From the NCBI RefSeq assembly GCF_024521635.1, contig NW_026250406.1, positions 124,001-188,000 of the forward strand: a stretch of DNA of 64,000 nt, written 5' to 3'. Positions within the stretch are counted from its first letter, which is position 1; every line of letters starts with the position of its first letter. A program made the position numbers and the translations under genes. This DNA comes from Tricharina praecox. Taxonomy: Eukaryota. The notes under the pieces are model-generated. The model did not search any database, was not told the DNA's origin, and worked only from the letters and a program-made list of their open reading frames with translations. Shown here piece by piece: positions 14,901-29,440 of this stretch.

Positions 14901-17900
14901 GCGTAGCAAACTGCGAAATGGTGAAGTTGAGGCTATCCTGCTGGTCCTGGGACGCGCGTTGGAACTTGAGGTGCTCGGAGGCAAAGATATTCGCCGACCA
15001 GTTATTCGAGATCGACTCGTGTCGGCCGTAGACATCCTCGTTGTTCATATCCTCCGTGATCCACTGCCTCAGCTTCTCCTTTCTCGCAACGATGCGAGCC
15101 TTCGCTGTCTCCTCGGTCTTGCGATTCTCGTCGGTGACGAACGCTTCCCAAGACTTCGAGAGCGCGCCATAGAAGAACGCGTCGAGCTCTTTCCGGTGGT
15201 CATCGATCCAGTACAGCCAGGTGTCGTTATCCTGCTTCCGTCAGTCTTGAATTGCGGTCAACACAGATCCCTTACCAGTTCCATAAGCTTCTGAAATCCC
15301 GAAGACAGCTGCTTGTGATCGATGCTCTTCGCATGGTTGAGCAGTATAGCCGTCTCTGTTGGCTTCTGCACCAACACTATCCGTAGCATCTGCGGAAGCG
15401 ATCCATCAGCAAAGGCGTCCCTGGAAACGAAGGAGGAATACATACATTAGCCGCCGCGATCTTGAGGTCGTGCCTCTGATCGATCAGCCTCGTATACAGC
15501 AGATAACATATCAACCTCGTAAACTCGCCATCCGTATTATCCGGGGACAGAATGACAGTTTGCCAGTACATCATCTTGTTGAGGAAATCGACGATCTGCT
15601 TCGGGTCCGCCTTCGAGTCGTCGAGCTCCGAGAGTCTGAACAGAACCACGCGAGAGACCACGGACCGCAGATTCGTAACGCTCTGGGAACACAGTCTCAC
15701 ACTCTTCAGCTTCGACACATCGGGCCGCTGCAGATACTCCAGGATGAATCCGACAAAGTCGAGCAGGACCTCGGCGCCGTTCAAGAACCAGCCCTCGAAT
15801 ATATAATCCGTAACATGGATTGCAAAGCGGGCGATGTTCGTCAAGATCCGGGGCTCGCACAGCTTCATCATCTCGAAGGCGATGAGGTTCTTGATATGCG
15901 CGATCGTGTTCCGCAGGAGATACGTCTCGAAGTAGATCTGGTGCTCCTGGAAGCCCGGCGGAATCTTAGTGTTGAGACCGAACCCCGTAAATTCCCGTCG
16001 CTCAAAGACCATATCCAAGAACACCGCCATAGCCAGTTCCATCAGACTCTCGACGAGGGAATTCGAACCGCTCAAGCTGGTCACTTTGAGATTCAGGCCC
16101 GATCCGATACCGGGAGTGAGCCGAGCCGGAGACGGTCCGTATTCCGTCGGCTCCTGGGTGACGAGGATAAACGAGGACCTTCTTCTCAGTCTCTCCGAGC
16201 GTCCTCCTGTTGGCGTCGGTGACCGATCCTCCACAGTAACGGTCCGTACGATTGGCGGCGCTGCCGAGGAAACCAATGGTCGGATGACCACATCTCCACC
16301 GTCGAAGGTGAGGGCTGAATCTCTCGAGTTCAACTCCGTCTCTGCGCTGACGTGATCGGAGCTACAGACCACCGGAAACAGTATTCCGAATAGCTCCTGG
16401 ACGAAGCCCGAATTGACGCAGAAATCACGGAAGGCGGGACATGTCGAGTGGAGTTGCGACAGGAACTGTATCAATGTCTGCAGCATCCGGGTCAATCCCA
16501 CCATGCGTTCACTCGAGGTTTGGTTCCCTACATGAGCGGACAAAAGACGTTAAGAGCGTATACAACGGATGTAATGTGGTCACAGAAGACGACGCACCTT
16601 GCGATTGATCATTGACGGATTGCGCCCTACTTCTCGAAGCCTGGGGGACATCTAAGGCAGCTTTGCCCTTACTGCCATTCTCATTCTCATCACCCGAAAT
16701 ATCTGCAACGATGGTTCCAACACCAGCCTTAAGCATGGCGGCGATGACCGGTAGAACATCAGGATAAACCACCTTCGCCTTGCCGCCATCGGCAAAAGCG
16801 TCGAGCAATGCAAAGAGATCCAGCGGTCTATCAACATCGATCTTGGCCACGTCCTTGCCAAACAGTATACAGAAGCATATCGGCCAGAGCGGAGCAACAT
16901 TCCACCATCTCTTGAGTCTGTGTTTCATGATGACGAATCCTCCGGTCTTGCTGGCGAATTTGGATACGTACGTGCCGCCGTGGACAACGAGCAATCTGGC
17001 CACGATCTTTGCGCCCAGAAGTACCACCTTCGGCTCGCTCTCGGCGAGGAGATATAGAAGCCACTGGAAATCCCACTTGCAGTTAGCAGAACGCTCAGCC
17101 CATCCATTGCAGGTGTACCTACCTTGTTCGTAACAGTCTTCGCAAACTTCTTTAAATTGGCCGTGCCATTGCCATCCTCACACAAGAGATCATGATACAT
17201 CTCGAGCACCATAACGCCGATCTGCTGTCTCGTAAACCCGCCATCATCGACCAACTCACCAGCCACACCTGCTGGCGTTAGATATCCCGTCTTCGGTCCC
17301 GCGCCCCCAGGAGATAGCCCAGCACCCTGCCTTCTAAGCTGGGCATTACTCCTCTTGTTACGGAGCGGTCGGCTCGTATTATGCTTATGGAGGGAGTACG
17401 TGATGAATAGCGAGAGGGACCGGAGTACATCCGCCGACATGTTCGTCTTGACGAGGACCTTGAATGCGGTTAGGAAATCGGGGAGGATCTCACGACTGAA
17501 GACCTCCGCCTTCAGGGCGTAAAGGAGCTTCTTCACGATGCCTGATTTGTTCAGTACAGGATTTCTGAACAACGTGGCTTCGTCACCACCACCAGTAGTA
17601 CGGAGGTACTTACGCATGCGCACCAGTCTCTTCGAGTTGAAGTGATGATACTTGCTGCCGCTGGTGAACATCAGGAACTGAGAGAAGTACTCCTTCTGCG
17701 TCTCGATATCGGCCGTCCTCCAGACATCAAAGTCGACCAGGAGTATCCTATACGCCAGCGGGTTGATGATGAAGCTTTCTTCCGGAGCATCGTGACGGTA
17801 CCCGACGAAATCCAAGACCAACCGCAATAGCTGTTTCCCGACGACGCCCTGGGCGTCCTTTTGCCGGAGGAGATGGCTCAGGATGGCAAACCCATTCTCC

Positions 17901-20085
17901 TTCTCCATGGCCTCGCTATTTCTCCAGGAGCCCTTGGTCATTTCGAACAATATCTCGACCGCTTTGCATACCTGCTGTGGTGTCTTCGCAGCCTCAACCA
18001 TTTTCAGCCCGACAGCTGCAGCTCCCCCGATCTTCCATGCCGCGTCGTCAAGAGACTGCGGGACAACCACTATGGGCTCACCGGTCATGACTGCCACTCC
18101 CTGCGGTGATATCAGTGCTTCGTTGATCGAGGGAACGGCACCATTGATGGCTATTGCGCCGCTCCGAGTGAACTGCTGGAGGCTCTTTGCTGCATGTTTC
18201 GAGAGCGATTGAACGAGCATCGACTCGTCGATGTTGTTGTCGTCTCGGTCGTCCAGGACTTGCGTGGCCGAAAGACTCAACATAACTTTGGACTCGGGGA
18301 TTATGGTTGACGCCTTGTGCCGTATGGCGGCGACGATATCGCTCTTCTCCTCTCGACCAGGATGCATCAGTTCGTTCCTCATGTTCAGCGCCGCTGACGC
18401 CTCATATGTCTGGAAAGAGCCCAGGCAGTCTTGAAAGTTTCCATGATACCGAGGCCCAAGCCGGTACAGTACCGCTATCAGATCGTCCGAGAGGGCATCC
18501 TCGAAGAGGTGAGTGGTTCCCAAGCTCCACAGTGAGGACACAACTCCCCTGCCTAGTCTAGGAGAGAGATCCGACGGTGTGCCGAAGAATACCTGGACAT
18601 TATGACCGGTTGGCGGGGATTGGGGGTAACTAGCCTTCTGCTGTTCGACAAACTCGCCGTCCACGTAGAGTGCCGCCTTCGCCGCCGACGTGGTCCGGCT
18701 CCTCCGATGAACGATAGCGACATGGTACCAGCGCCCCGGTTCGAACACGGCTGACTTAAACCGCACCGACGCTCGCGGGGACGACACGGAGGTCTGGAGG
18801 ATAAACTTTCGAGTGTCCATCTCGATATATGCCAGGACGAAGCATCGCTGCGACGCATCAAACACACCGAAAAGCGTGGTATGCATTGTAGGATCAAAGG
18901 ACTGTATATAGATCCACGCGGCAAAGCTAAAGCCCGGCGTATTCGCAGGAGGAAAGACTCGGCCCAGGGATGATAGTTCCATAGAGGCGAATCCGTGTAG
19001 CGACATATCGAACTGGATGTGTGCGGGCTCTCTTGACGCCTTGATGGCCTCTAGTAAAAACGAGGCGACGTTCTCGTCCGTCATGGCCCTCTTGTACATC
19101 TCCTTCGCATCATTCATATTATTGACACCCAGCCTCGCAAGATTCCCGGCAAGATCCCTCAAAACCGTCCTCTCGGATGCGGGCACCGACGGATCCCACA
19201 GTCGTCGAAGTATCGCACTCAGCACGCCGGTCGAATGCATAGCCACCAGGTTGAATTTACTCGCCGAGACAATCGCCAGTAACGACTGCAAGATGATCAC
19301 CGCGGTAACCTCCGAGACCTGCGTACGCGGCATCGCGGCCTGGAAGCTGACGACCAACGGCACGATCTCGGCATTCAACAAGACATCCTTGGGCCCAAAA
19401 TGCACCCGGATCCTGTCCTTCACATATTTCAACTTATCCGCCTCCTTCGCCAGCCGTCCGTTCGCAATTTCCTGTGCGATTCCGCGCTTCGTGGACACGA
19501 TGAGGCTCGATAGGGTAGCGTCATCCATTCCGAAGGCCAACAGTAAGCCGAACAGCTGATCCGGAGCTTCCGTAGGCAGTCCCGTAGCCGCAAGACTCTG
19601 CTGTAGACTATCCCAACCGATGCGCCGGGTGAAGAACCGCCTGTTGCCTGGATGTGCGGACAAGGCTTCCGATATGACGCCGAAAATGCATTTTGCCAGC
19701 TCTATGAAATGGTGTTTCTCCTCATCGGTGCGGTTCGCGGAGCTGTAGAAGCCAGAGAGGGATTGAAGCGTCGACAGCAGTCTCTCGAAGCCCTTCAAGA
19801 CCCGAAACGTATCTGCCGCAGCACCATCGTCAGCACACCACCATCACACCAGCCGCCGCACCCCACCGCACCACCACTTCTCACTAGCCCAAGCGTACCT
19901 TTCGCATTCGGCGAATCCACCAGCGTGCGCTTCAGCAGCGAGAGCCATTGCAGGCGCACCAGGATATCGGGGTCGTCGGCGGCGGCCTCCAGCGAGTCGA
20001 GTAGCGGTTTGATCTCCGCGATGTGGGGAGAGCCGCGTGACGCTGCGGCCGAGGAGACCCGGCGGCGGACGGCGGTCGTCGACAT
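11957..20085 (-). CDS. BPH1: BEACH-domain protein (ConA-like, PH-BEACH, WD40; Bph1/LvsA-like), multi-exon
   Basis: BEACH motifs [67 protein letters not shown]; WD40 repeats in 12993-12130; ORF pieces linked by canonical GT-AG introns; last exon YEWDC...NSR* ends at 11957. Confidence 0.95.
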
Positions 20086-21896
20086 TCGTGCGTAGGTCTG
20101 TGTGCTGGATTGGATGTCAATGGTCGGAGGAGGTGGGGGCTTAGCGCATGTGTTGGGTGCGGTGCCGCGCGAGGTAGTTAGAGTAGATATATCGTGGTTT
20201 GGCTGCTGGATTTACTCGTAGATGGGGTAGGTAACTGGCTGGCTCGAGTCTCGAGGTTTCAACCGCAACGCAACGCCCGTACGGTGGTGCAAGCCCTGTT
20301 TTAGTTAAGTCTGCGGGATTCGGGATGTAGTTACTACTACTGTGGTAGAGTACCCAAGTACACAGGTGCGTGAGATTTGTGCGCAGGGTATCAGCTCAGC
20401 GGGGGTGCGCCTCGAACTCGGGCCGTCGTATTCGTTCGTTCGGTTGTTACTTCTTTTCGATATGACGACGTGCCAGTGAGCGGGATGTACGTATGCGATA
20501 ACTATGGGAGAGCAGCAACGGCGGCGGCAGCGGGTACACGAGTACACCGGAGAAGAGTATAGTAGAGTATAGCAGATCAAAGTCGAGTTGAGCAGTTCGT
20601 TCGTTAGCCCCTCCTCCTCTGTTGCTTCACAGACTAAGCCCAGATGGTGGCGGCAGAAGCTCTATGCCCGAACGGGAGGTGGACTGGTCCGTGCACCCCG
20701 CTAGCGTGTTGGCCAAGCTGTGGGGCGAACAGATTGCGGCTCCGGAAGGACAGTCGGGAGGCCAACACGAAGCTTCTTCCACTTCTATGAGCTTGAGCTG
20801 ATAGGGTAGAGTAGAGTACTAGTGGTAGATAGAATAGTACTACAGAGAGCTGTTCGATGCCTCCATGGCTTGGAGCTCGTCGGACTATCATAGGTAGTAC
20901 ATATCGAGAGCTCAAGAGCTTCCCTCGATCTCGATGTACACGCCCGCGGTGACCCCCCACGAGAGGAAAAAGGGCCTTAGACGGAGTAGGTACTTCAGTA
21001 AGTACTGGCAGGTATCTATTTTATAGTAGCTTCAGTGCTCCGCAGCGCTCCAACTACAGCGCAGAACGTGGGGACGGGGCTGTGCATTCAAAAGAGACGA
21101 TGGCATTATATTATTTATTTCACGCGATCGTAACGCCAATCATCTAAATTCTGATGCGAGATGGTCACTCAAGAATTCCTCCAGCTCTCGGCTGAGCCGA
21201 TGATGTTTCCCACACGGCCGCAGCTGCGACTCTCGGGCGCGTGAGCGCGAGAACACGACCGTGTTTGCAATGCGAAACGTAGAAATCAGAGGCGGAACAT
21301 AGTATAGTAGACACGATAGTAGCCGCTTTTGAAGCGGAACTCGAGCTCGAACGACGCGATGCGAGTCGGCAGTGGGAAATACTTGGGTACTTGTGTAGTG
21401 GAAAGGGCAGAGAGAGTCTTCGGACGATCGGCGGGGCGGACCGACCACCAAGCCGGGTGCGACGGATAAGGCGGATGCCTAGGGACTGGGCAGTTTCAAC
21501 GGCCGGGCCGGTTCCGTCACGACTGGGAGCGACCCTTGGCACCTAGTTATCCGTCAGCTCGGAATCGACGGGGAGGAGGAAGAGGAGGAGGAGGAGGACC
21601 GTACACATGAGGGGAATCCAAGCCCGAGCTGCCACAACGGTGTAGAAGAGTCGCGTCGGCCGAACAATCACCCCCGAATCGAACCTCTCGTCTCCAAGGG
21701 GGTTCTGTAAAGGACTGTTATTTCCGGTCGACGAGATGATGTGGCTTCCGTTTCGTCCGTTCACCTGAGACGCCTGTCCCTGTCCCTGGCCCGTCCTGTA
21801 AAACCGAACCTCGAGATCTGAGACTCCATACCGAGGTGGCAGACGCGGTCAACGTCATGTTGAGTGCGGAGAGACTGGAGAGGAAGAACACCAAGG

Positions 21897-21999
21897 GAAG
21901 AAGAGGAAGAAGAGGAAGAAGAGGAAGAAGAGGAAGAAGAGGAAGAAGAGGAAGAAGAGGAAGAAGAGGAAGAAGAGGAAGAAGAGGAAGAAGAAGAAG
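21897..21999. repeat. (GAAGAGGAA)n 9-mer repeat, about 11 units
   Basis: Read directly. Confidence 0.95.
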
Positions 22000-23623
22000 A
22001 GCGTGGATGGGATCAACGAGCGATCGACGGCGAAGCTCAAGCACATGCCAACCCTCACGGAAAAAGCGCCAAACACGAACGGGGTGCGTCCTCGGGTTAT
22101 GTAGAGCAAATACCCAGAGCCTGAGCTCGAGCTCGAGCTGACACCGGTTCACGACGCGCCGTCACCACTGAGTAGAGAAAGGAAGTAGTTGCCGATATGG
22201 TACATGACTAGGAGACCCGCATGCAGAGTGTCATCCGCGTTTGTTGTCCCCGTCTTGGCCATGCTCGAGTATCTGGGTACCTAGAAGGGAAGAAGGCACG
22301 GAAGCATCTTCCTTCCAGAGAATCGCATCGCGGCCGTGACGGCGCGTTGGTCTCGCGTTGCGCACGCTACGCATCTAGCATGTAGATAGCTCGGAGCTGT
22401 GTGTGTGCTCTGGGTTGCTCGCGCGAACTCTCTTCCCTCGGTAAGCGGAAGGTGGCCACGTCGATGGCATCATCGATTGGAGCTTAGAATGGGGGAATGT
22501 CGAATAGAGTACGGTAACCGACACCTAATAGCCGGCAGCGGCGGTGCCCAGTGCGATATCGGGATAAGTATCTATATTCTCTGAGGGAAACGCGCGCGCT
22601 CTTATCTATCATTGCCATTCTTCCTTTCCGTGTTCATCCACCTTCGTGATCACTCTACGCTATGGAGAACCCCCCGCCACAGAGAGCTCGTATCGCGTCG
22701 TGCTCAGAGTTACTACCCGGTACGGCAACTACACGGCTACCTGGTACATAGTAGTGCTCGGTGTAGTTATGATACGCTCAGCTACATCCTTCCTTCCTTC
22801 CTTCGCATGGCCACGCACAGCCGCGATGGTTGCTCCGAACGCTGTGTCAAGAGTACCGGGGTGATCGATCCGAACGAAGGAAAGAGGCGGCCCCAACATC
22901 TCCAGCAAGGCAGGCCAGCCCCAGACGGCGGCAGGCACCAAAGGGGGCCACCTGATGATGCTGAGGGTGGCTGGTAACTCAACAGAGATTAGATTGTGTT
23001 CTGTGTGCTAGTGGCTCTCCGGCCTTTCCCTTTCTCCACATCATCCTGATCCACATCCGTGAGAAAGCGCCGCCGTTCGTCGCCCTGTCGTAGCCCGATA
23101 TCTGGCAGGACGCGACCATCAGGCCGCAAGCTCAGAGGTCAAAGCTCCGAGCTCCCCCAGAGGAAGCTCTGTAATCTGCATACGCCCAAGTGACCTATGA
23201 TACGTAGCGCCGCTCGCCACTCGCATACCGAGATAGTTAAATGGTGGATTAAACCGGTGACTCCTCGTGATACACACCGCCTCCCCCTCCCCGCCCAGCG
23301 CCCTAGCCGCATTACACCCTCGCTAACCCAGTGTGGCAATGCTCTTTCTATTTGCGGCTCCCCCTTCTCCGGTTGCGGAAGCTCCCTTATCTGCCTTGGC
23401 ATACAATTACCCCAGCCATCTATCCAGCTGAGCAACACCCCCCCAAAGAGAGCTCCCCTTCTTAACTGCGGGTTGCGCCATCAAGTTCTCCCTCTTCCTC
23501 CATCTCCTCCACTTCATCCTCCCTCCCCCACAATAATACACACTTCGTTCATACAACTCACTCACACACGTACACTTCCCTTCACCCAATACACATACAT
23601 ACACTCTCTCTCCATCGCCCAGC

Positions 23624-25339
23624 ATGAAGATCACTTTGACTGCCCCGTTCCTCGCGCTCCTCGCTACCATCTCTGTCACTATCGCTTCCCCCATCTACGA
23701 CACCACTGTTGTCGATAAGGGCGCCGCGCCTCTGATCTCCACCACAAGCTCTGCCGAGCACCAGATCCCCAATAATTACATCGTTGTCTTCAAGAACGGT
23801 GTGGACCATTCCAAGGCCACTGAGCACCACGACTGGGTCGCCAACATTCACAGCTCCTCGCTACGAGGGCTGAAGAAGCGTAGCCAGGAGCCCATCCGCA
23901 ACGCCAATGCGCCCAGCTGGATGGACGAGATTGAGGCCCTGGTCGGTCTCAAGCACACGTACAACATCCCCGGCGGCATGAAGGGTTACTCCGGTGCCTT
24001 CTCGGACGAGGTTTTGAGCGAGATCCGAAAACACCCTGACGTAAGTAATCACTTCTCCTCCACACACCCCGGAGTCAGCTAGTCTCGTACTTGGCGTGCC
24101 CCCTATGGGCCGCGTATGACTTGCATGAACGCGCATGGAAGAGGACACGAATTCTCCACGTGACAGTTTGGCTGACTGGTTTGTTTTCCACAGGTTGCCT
24201 ACGTCGAGAAGGACTCCATTGTCTACGCGCTCGAGAACCCGGTTACCGAGAAGTCCGCCCCTTGGGGTCTCGCCCGTATCTCGCACCAGAAGCGTCTGAA
24301 CTTTGGAAACTTCAACAAGTACGTCCACCAGGCCAACGGTGGTGAGGGTGTCGACGTTTACGTCATCGACACCGGCACGAACGTCGAGCACGTCGACTTT
24401 GAGGGTCGCGCCAAGTGGGGCAAAACCATTCCTGCTGGCGATGCCGATATCGATGGAAACGGACACGGAACTCACTGCTCTGGTACCGTCGGTGGCAAGA
24501 AGTACGGTGTCGCCAAGAAGGCCAACATCTTCGCCGTCAAGGTGCTTCGCTCCAACGGATCGGGTACCATGTCCGACGTCGTCAAGGGTGTCGAGTGGGC
24601 TGCCGAGGCGCACATGAAGAGGGAGGCCGAGAAGGACGCCAACTTCAAGGGTTCCGCTGCGAACATGTCGCTCGGTGGTGGCAAGTCGCCGTCGCTCGAC
24701 ATGGCCGTCAACGCTGCCGTCGAGGTCGGTATCAACTTCGCCGTCGCTGCCGGTAACGACAACGCCGATGCTTGCAACTACTCCCCCGCTGCCGCCGAGA
24801 AGGCCGTCACCGTCGGTGCCTCCACCCTCGACGATCAGCGTGCGTACTTCTCCAACTACGGAAAGTGCACCGACATCTTCGCGCCCGGTTTGAACATCTT
24901 GTCCACCTGGATCGGCAGCAAGTACGCCATCAACACCATCTCCGGTACCTCGATGGCCTCTCCTCACGTCGCCGGTCTTTTGGCCTACTTCCTGTCCCTC
25001 CAGCCGAAGGCCGACTCGGGCTTCTTCACCCAGCTCAAGCCCGCCCAGCTCAAGAAGAACATGATCGCCATCGGATCCCAGGGTGTTCTGTCTGAAATTC
25101 CCTCGGGCACCCCCAACATCCTCATCTACAACGGTGGTGGAAGCGACAACCTGTCCGAGATCTTCCACGGCAAGCCCTACGTCGCCACGCCTGAGGCCGT
25201 CGAGGACGAGGTCGTCACTCTCGCCGAGAAGGCCGTCAGTGAGACCGAGAAGATGCTCGAGAAGCTGGAGTCCGAGGCTCTCGGCGAGGTCAAGGCTGCC
25301 TTCGAGAAGGCCAAGAAGATCATTGGACACAACGCATAG
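23624..25339 (+). CDS. PRB1: Vacuolar subtilisin-like serine protease (proteinase B type), intron 24041-24193
   Basis: Signal peptide, I9-type propeptide, catalytic VDVYVIDTG / GNGHGTH / SGTSMASPH; strong codon bias. Confidence 0.95.
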
Positions 25340-26945
25340 GCTAATGGCGCATAATGAGGGTGGCGTTTGTTTGTTTTCCGGTTGCTTGTTATTTCTTCCT
25401 AGATTGTGCCTGTACGCTTTTTTGACGTGATGTGTATGTGTGTACGTTTGTTTGTTTGCTGGTTTGTTTGATTGCCTGGGTAACATGGGGATGGGATTCG
25501 GTCTTGGATTGGTTCGGGTGAATGGTATTGTTTTGCGTTGCCGTTGCGCTTGACGCTTTTCTATGCTGTATTTATGGCTTTGGCTGGTGTTATCGAATAC
25601 CTACCTCAATCTTTTGAGCCTTTGTGCATCGTGTGAACCATATGATCTACCTGCATGAGTGATCCTGGTGGTTGCTGCTGTGAACTAATAGATGATGAAG
25701 AGTCATTGGTTAAGTAGAGTGGCCCAGGCATGTGCCCCGGGCAGGTGAGACATTAAGACGTCGCTGTTGGATGTCGAGTAACATTTGGGATATTGGTACA
25801 TCGTGGGATTGGTGTGCCTGGCTGTTGGACGGTAGCCAGTTGAACAGAGTTAGAGTAGCGGCTTTCGAGCAGTTCGAAGTGATGGTGATGGTGATGTTTG
25901 CAGAGCTATGCAGTATGGACACGACTTTCGAAACAGCGCATGTCAATTGACTCATCGAGGCCATGGCTTCGCAAGTTTGCATCCCCAACGTACTGCCACA
26001 TCCACTGGTTAAGGATTGCCTCCTCCGTGATCGTGGCGAATTCCTCCTCTATCCATCACTACCTGCTCTAGATCCAGAGGCATCCACAGTCCCAGTCCCA
26101 CTCCCACTCCCACTCCCACTCCCACTCCCACTCCCAGTCCGCCATCCGCAATCCCCAATCGCAACCAGCCAGCCAGCCACCCACCAGTCAGCCACACTCT
26201 ACCTAAGTACTCTACAGTAGGGTGTCAACATTCCCTTCGCATGTAGATACCCCATTCCCCGCCTCCATCCTCTCCATCTTCTCCTCGCCACCACCACCCT
26301 CCCCTCCCCCACTGAGTCGCTGACCAAGCACCCATCCCATCCCATCCCACCCGACGGCCCACCCGACGGCCCACCCGACGGCCCCTTCACGACCACTCAC
26401 TCACTCACTCACTCACGCACCCACCGCGCTCTGCGCTGCCGAGAGATCCGAATCCAAGCCCTATCCGGCGTAGCGTGGTGGTCCGAACTTCGAATGGGAG
26501 GGGGAGTGACGCAGGCGAGGATTTAGAGTACCTATGCTACATACATTTTTTTTCCTGGGGGCGAGAGAACGGGGCGAGATGGCGAAGGCTTATTTTATTT
26601 TACATACATGATGTGATGTCTCATGGCCCATGGGACTGGGTGTGCATGTACCTACTGGAAGTCTGCCTATATAAGCTCCAGATGCAAGATTTCAGAAGCT
26701 TGATGTTTCGTAGATATGCTAGGTGGTGGGGATTGAACTGGAACTAAGATAGCTACATACCTTTAACCACTACTTAGAAGTTAGCGACGGAACTACCTAC
26801 CTCTACCTATACATACACGGCGAGCTCACGGCCTCGACTCTCGAGAGATACGGTTGATACCCTGTTACCCACCTATGCCGACGACGACAACGACGACCTC
26901 CCCACCTACGCCGACGACAACGCCGCCCACGCCCCCGCCGCCGCA

Positions 26946-27738
26946 ATGGCACAAGCCCACCACCCGATCGCGGCGACGGTGCTCGGTCTGATCGGCACAA
27001 TCTGCTGGTGCATCCAGCTGATCCCCCAGATCGTGCGCAACTACCGTAGCAAGTCGACGGAGGGACTTCCAGGGAGCATGATGTTCCTGTGGGGGGTGTG
27101 TACGTCTCGCCCTTCCCTTCCGTTTGCTTTCCAGCTAGGTTGCTCGAGTATGTAGCTAACACAGAATCACAGCGGGCGTCCCCTTCGGCGTCTACGCGCT
27201 CCTCCAAAACCTCAACATCCCTTTACAAGTGCAGCCCCAGATCTTCATGGTTCTGTCTCTGACGGCATGGGGACAGTGCCTGCACTACTCCCACTCCTTT
27301 TCCTCCCTTCACGCCATCCTCCTCTCTAGCGGCCTCCTCGCTGTGCTCGGCGGCCTCGAAGCCGTCTTAGTCCTTTTCCTCCCTCGCAGCACCGCTGCCC
27401 TCACCACCGTGGGCGTTGTGGCGGCGGTATTGCTCGCCGCGGGACTGCTGCCGCCGTATAGAGAGATTGTCAAAAGGAGGGGGAGGGTGGTGGGTATTGA
27501 TTGGGTCTTTCTGATGGTGGATTGGGCCGGCGCGTTTTTTAGTCTTATGAGTCTTGTTGCGCAGGAGGAGTTTGATGTCCTTGCCGGGGTTATGTATATC
27601 GCGTGTCTTTGTCTGGAGAGTGGGATTTTTGCGTGTGGGGTCGTGTGGTGGGTAAGGCATCGTGGGAGGAAGGGTGATGTGGATTTGGAGGGGGTTGGGG
27701 AGGGGGAGGTTGAGGGGAAAGAGGAGAAGGCGGTGTAA
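26946..27738 (+). CDS. PQ-loop repeat membrane transporter, intron 27100-27172
   Basis: GTICWCIQLIPQIVRNYRSKSTEGL first PQ loop; second loop LLPPYREIVKRRGRVVGID; multiple TM helices. Confidence 0.9.
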
Positions 27739-28241
27739 ATGTCTGGGACGGTTTGATGATCTTATGGTATATATGGGCGGTTCACTTTGGCTTCAATAGA
27801 TGGAATGGATGCACCCTTCCCTACCCGGTGTAACAAGCAGTGAACACTCAATGGTCCATACAAGTTGATTGCGAACCCCTTCACCCCTCATAATACAAGT
27901 TAAGTAAGAAAATACCAGAACTAAAACCCACTGATATTGCAAACACATCCATCGATTTCCCGACTCAATCGACTCAAATCAAAGTAAAAGTAAAAGGAAG
28001 GAAACACAAAACACCGCTCCATCCCAGGGAATACGCTCTAGAACCCCCCGTGCCCACTACCACCACACCCCCCTTTCCGAGCGCATTCAGTTTTGATATT
28101 TTTTCTCACCACGACAGAAAGAAGAACACAAAAGAAGAAACGAACGCTTCGTACACGGGTCATCAATCGCATCAACCACTACCCCCCACTACCCTGACGC
28201 AACTATTATTAACAAAGGAAAGGACTGGCTGGCTGACGGGC

Positions 28242-29440
28242 TTAGGCGGTGATCTTGTCCTTGATGATTTTCCGGAGGGTAATCGCATCGGCTGGGTAAG
28301 TGTTAGTAGTGTACTTGTGAGAAGGGGACAGACAGGTCACTCACCAGCGAAACCACGGATACCCTGACTGAGCTTCTCAGTAGCCATCTGATCCTCGTTA
28401 AGCGCGAAGCGGAACTCGGCCTCGTTATCAACGTAGCTTAGCTTCTCAAGGTCCAAGTTGGTTGCATCCTCAGACGACAGCTTCTTGGGGACCGAGTCCT
28501 CGCTGTTGAACAGCTCCTCGAGAAGGTTGGGCGAGATGGTAAGGTAGTCGCAGCCAGAAAGCTCGGTGATCTCGCCGACATTGCGGAACGAAGCTCCCAT
28601 GACGATAGTCTTGTAGCCGAACTTCTTGTAGTAGTTGAAGATGTTCTGGACGCTCTTGACACCGGGGTCCTCGTTCGAAGCGTACGCCTTTCCGGTCGAG
28701 GCCTTGTACCAATCAAGAATACGACCAACGAAAGGAGAGATCAGGAAGGCACCGGCCTCGGCGGCGGCAATAGCCTGCACCTGGGAGAACATAAGGGTAA
28801 GGTTGCAGTTGATGCCGTGCTTGCTCTGAAGCTCGCGAGCGGCCTGAATACCCTCCCATGTAGAAGCGACCTTGATGAGCACGCGCGACTTGTCAATGCC
28901 GACGGACTTGTAGAGGTCGATGATGTGCAGAGCCTTCTCGACGGAGGCCTTCTTGTCGAAAGAGAGACGGGCGTCGACCTCGGTGGACACCTTGCCGGGA
29001 ATGATCTTCAGGATCTCCTTGCCGAACTCGACGAGGAGACGGTCCATAGCAGCCTCGACCTGCGACTCAACGTCCTTGCCATTGGTCTTACCGTACTCAA
29101 CGGCGGCGTCGACGAGCTTCGCGTACTCGGGCTTCTTGGAGGCGGCGAGGATTAAGGAAGGGTTCGTGGTAGCCTGTATGACGTAGGAACATGGTCAGAA
29201 CATTTCCCCTAGGGAAGATGCACCCAGATGAGGGTGGCGGGGGCATTCGCAAGACGCAGGTATACGCACATCCTGGGGCTGGTACTTGGCGATGGTCGCG
29301 AAGTCTCCGGAGTCGCAGACAACGGTCTATTCACATCAAACGTCAGTTTTCTCTCTCTCTCAATCGACTCTGGTGGCGGGGGAGGGAGGTGGGACACATA
29401 CAGTACCGGCGGCCTTCAACTGGTCAAGAGCGGAAACCAT
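28242..29440 (-). CDS. TAL1: Transaldolase (introns 29401-29327, 29269-29174, 28344-28292)
   Basis: [67 protein letters not shown] motifs. Confidence 0.97.

Noticed and set aside
13114..16222. Long + strand ORFs (726 aa, 287 aa)
   Set aside because: Antisense shadows of the BEACH gene caused by codon bias; no motifs.
21560..22152. Poly-E, RGR and LLP ORFs
   Set aside because: Translations of the (GAAGAGGAA)n repeat; flanking frames contain stops and no recognisable domain.
23861..25486. 541-aa minus-strand ORF
   Set aside because: Antisense mirror of the codon-biased protease gene.
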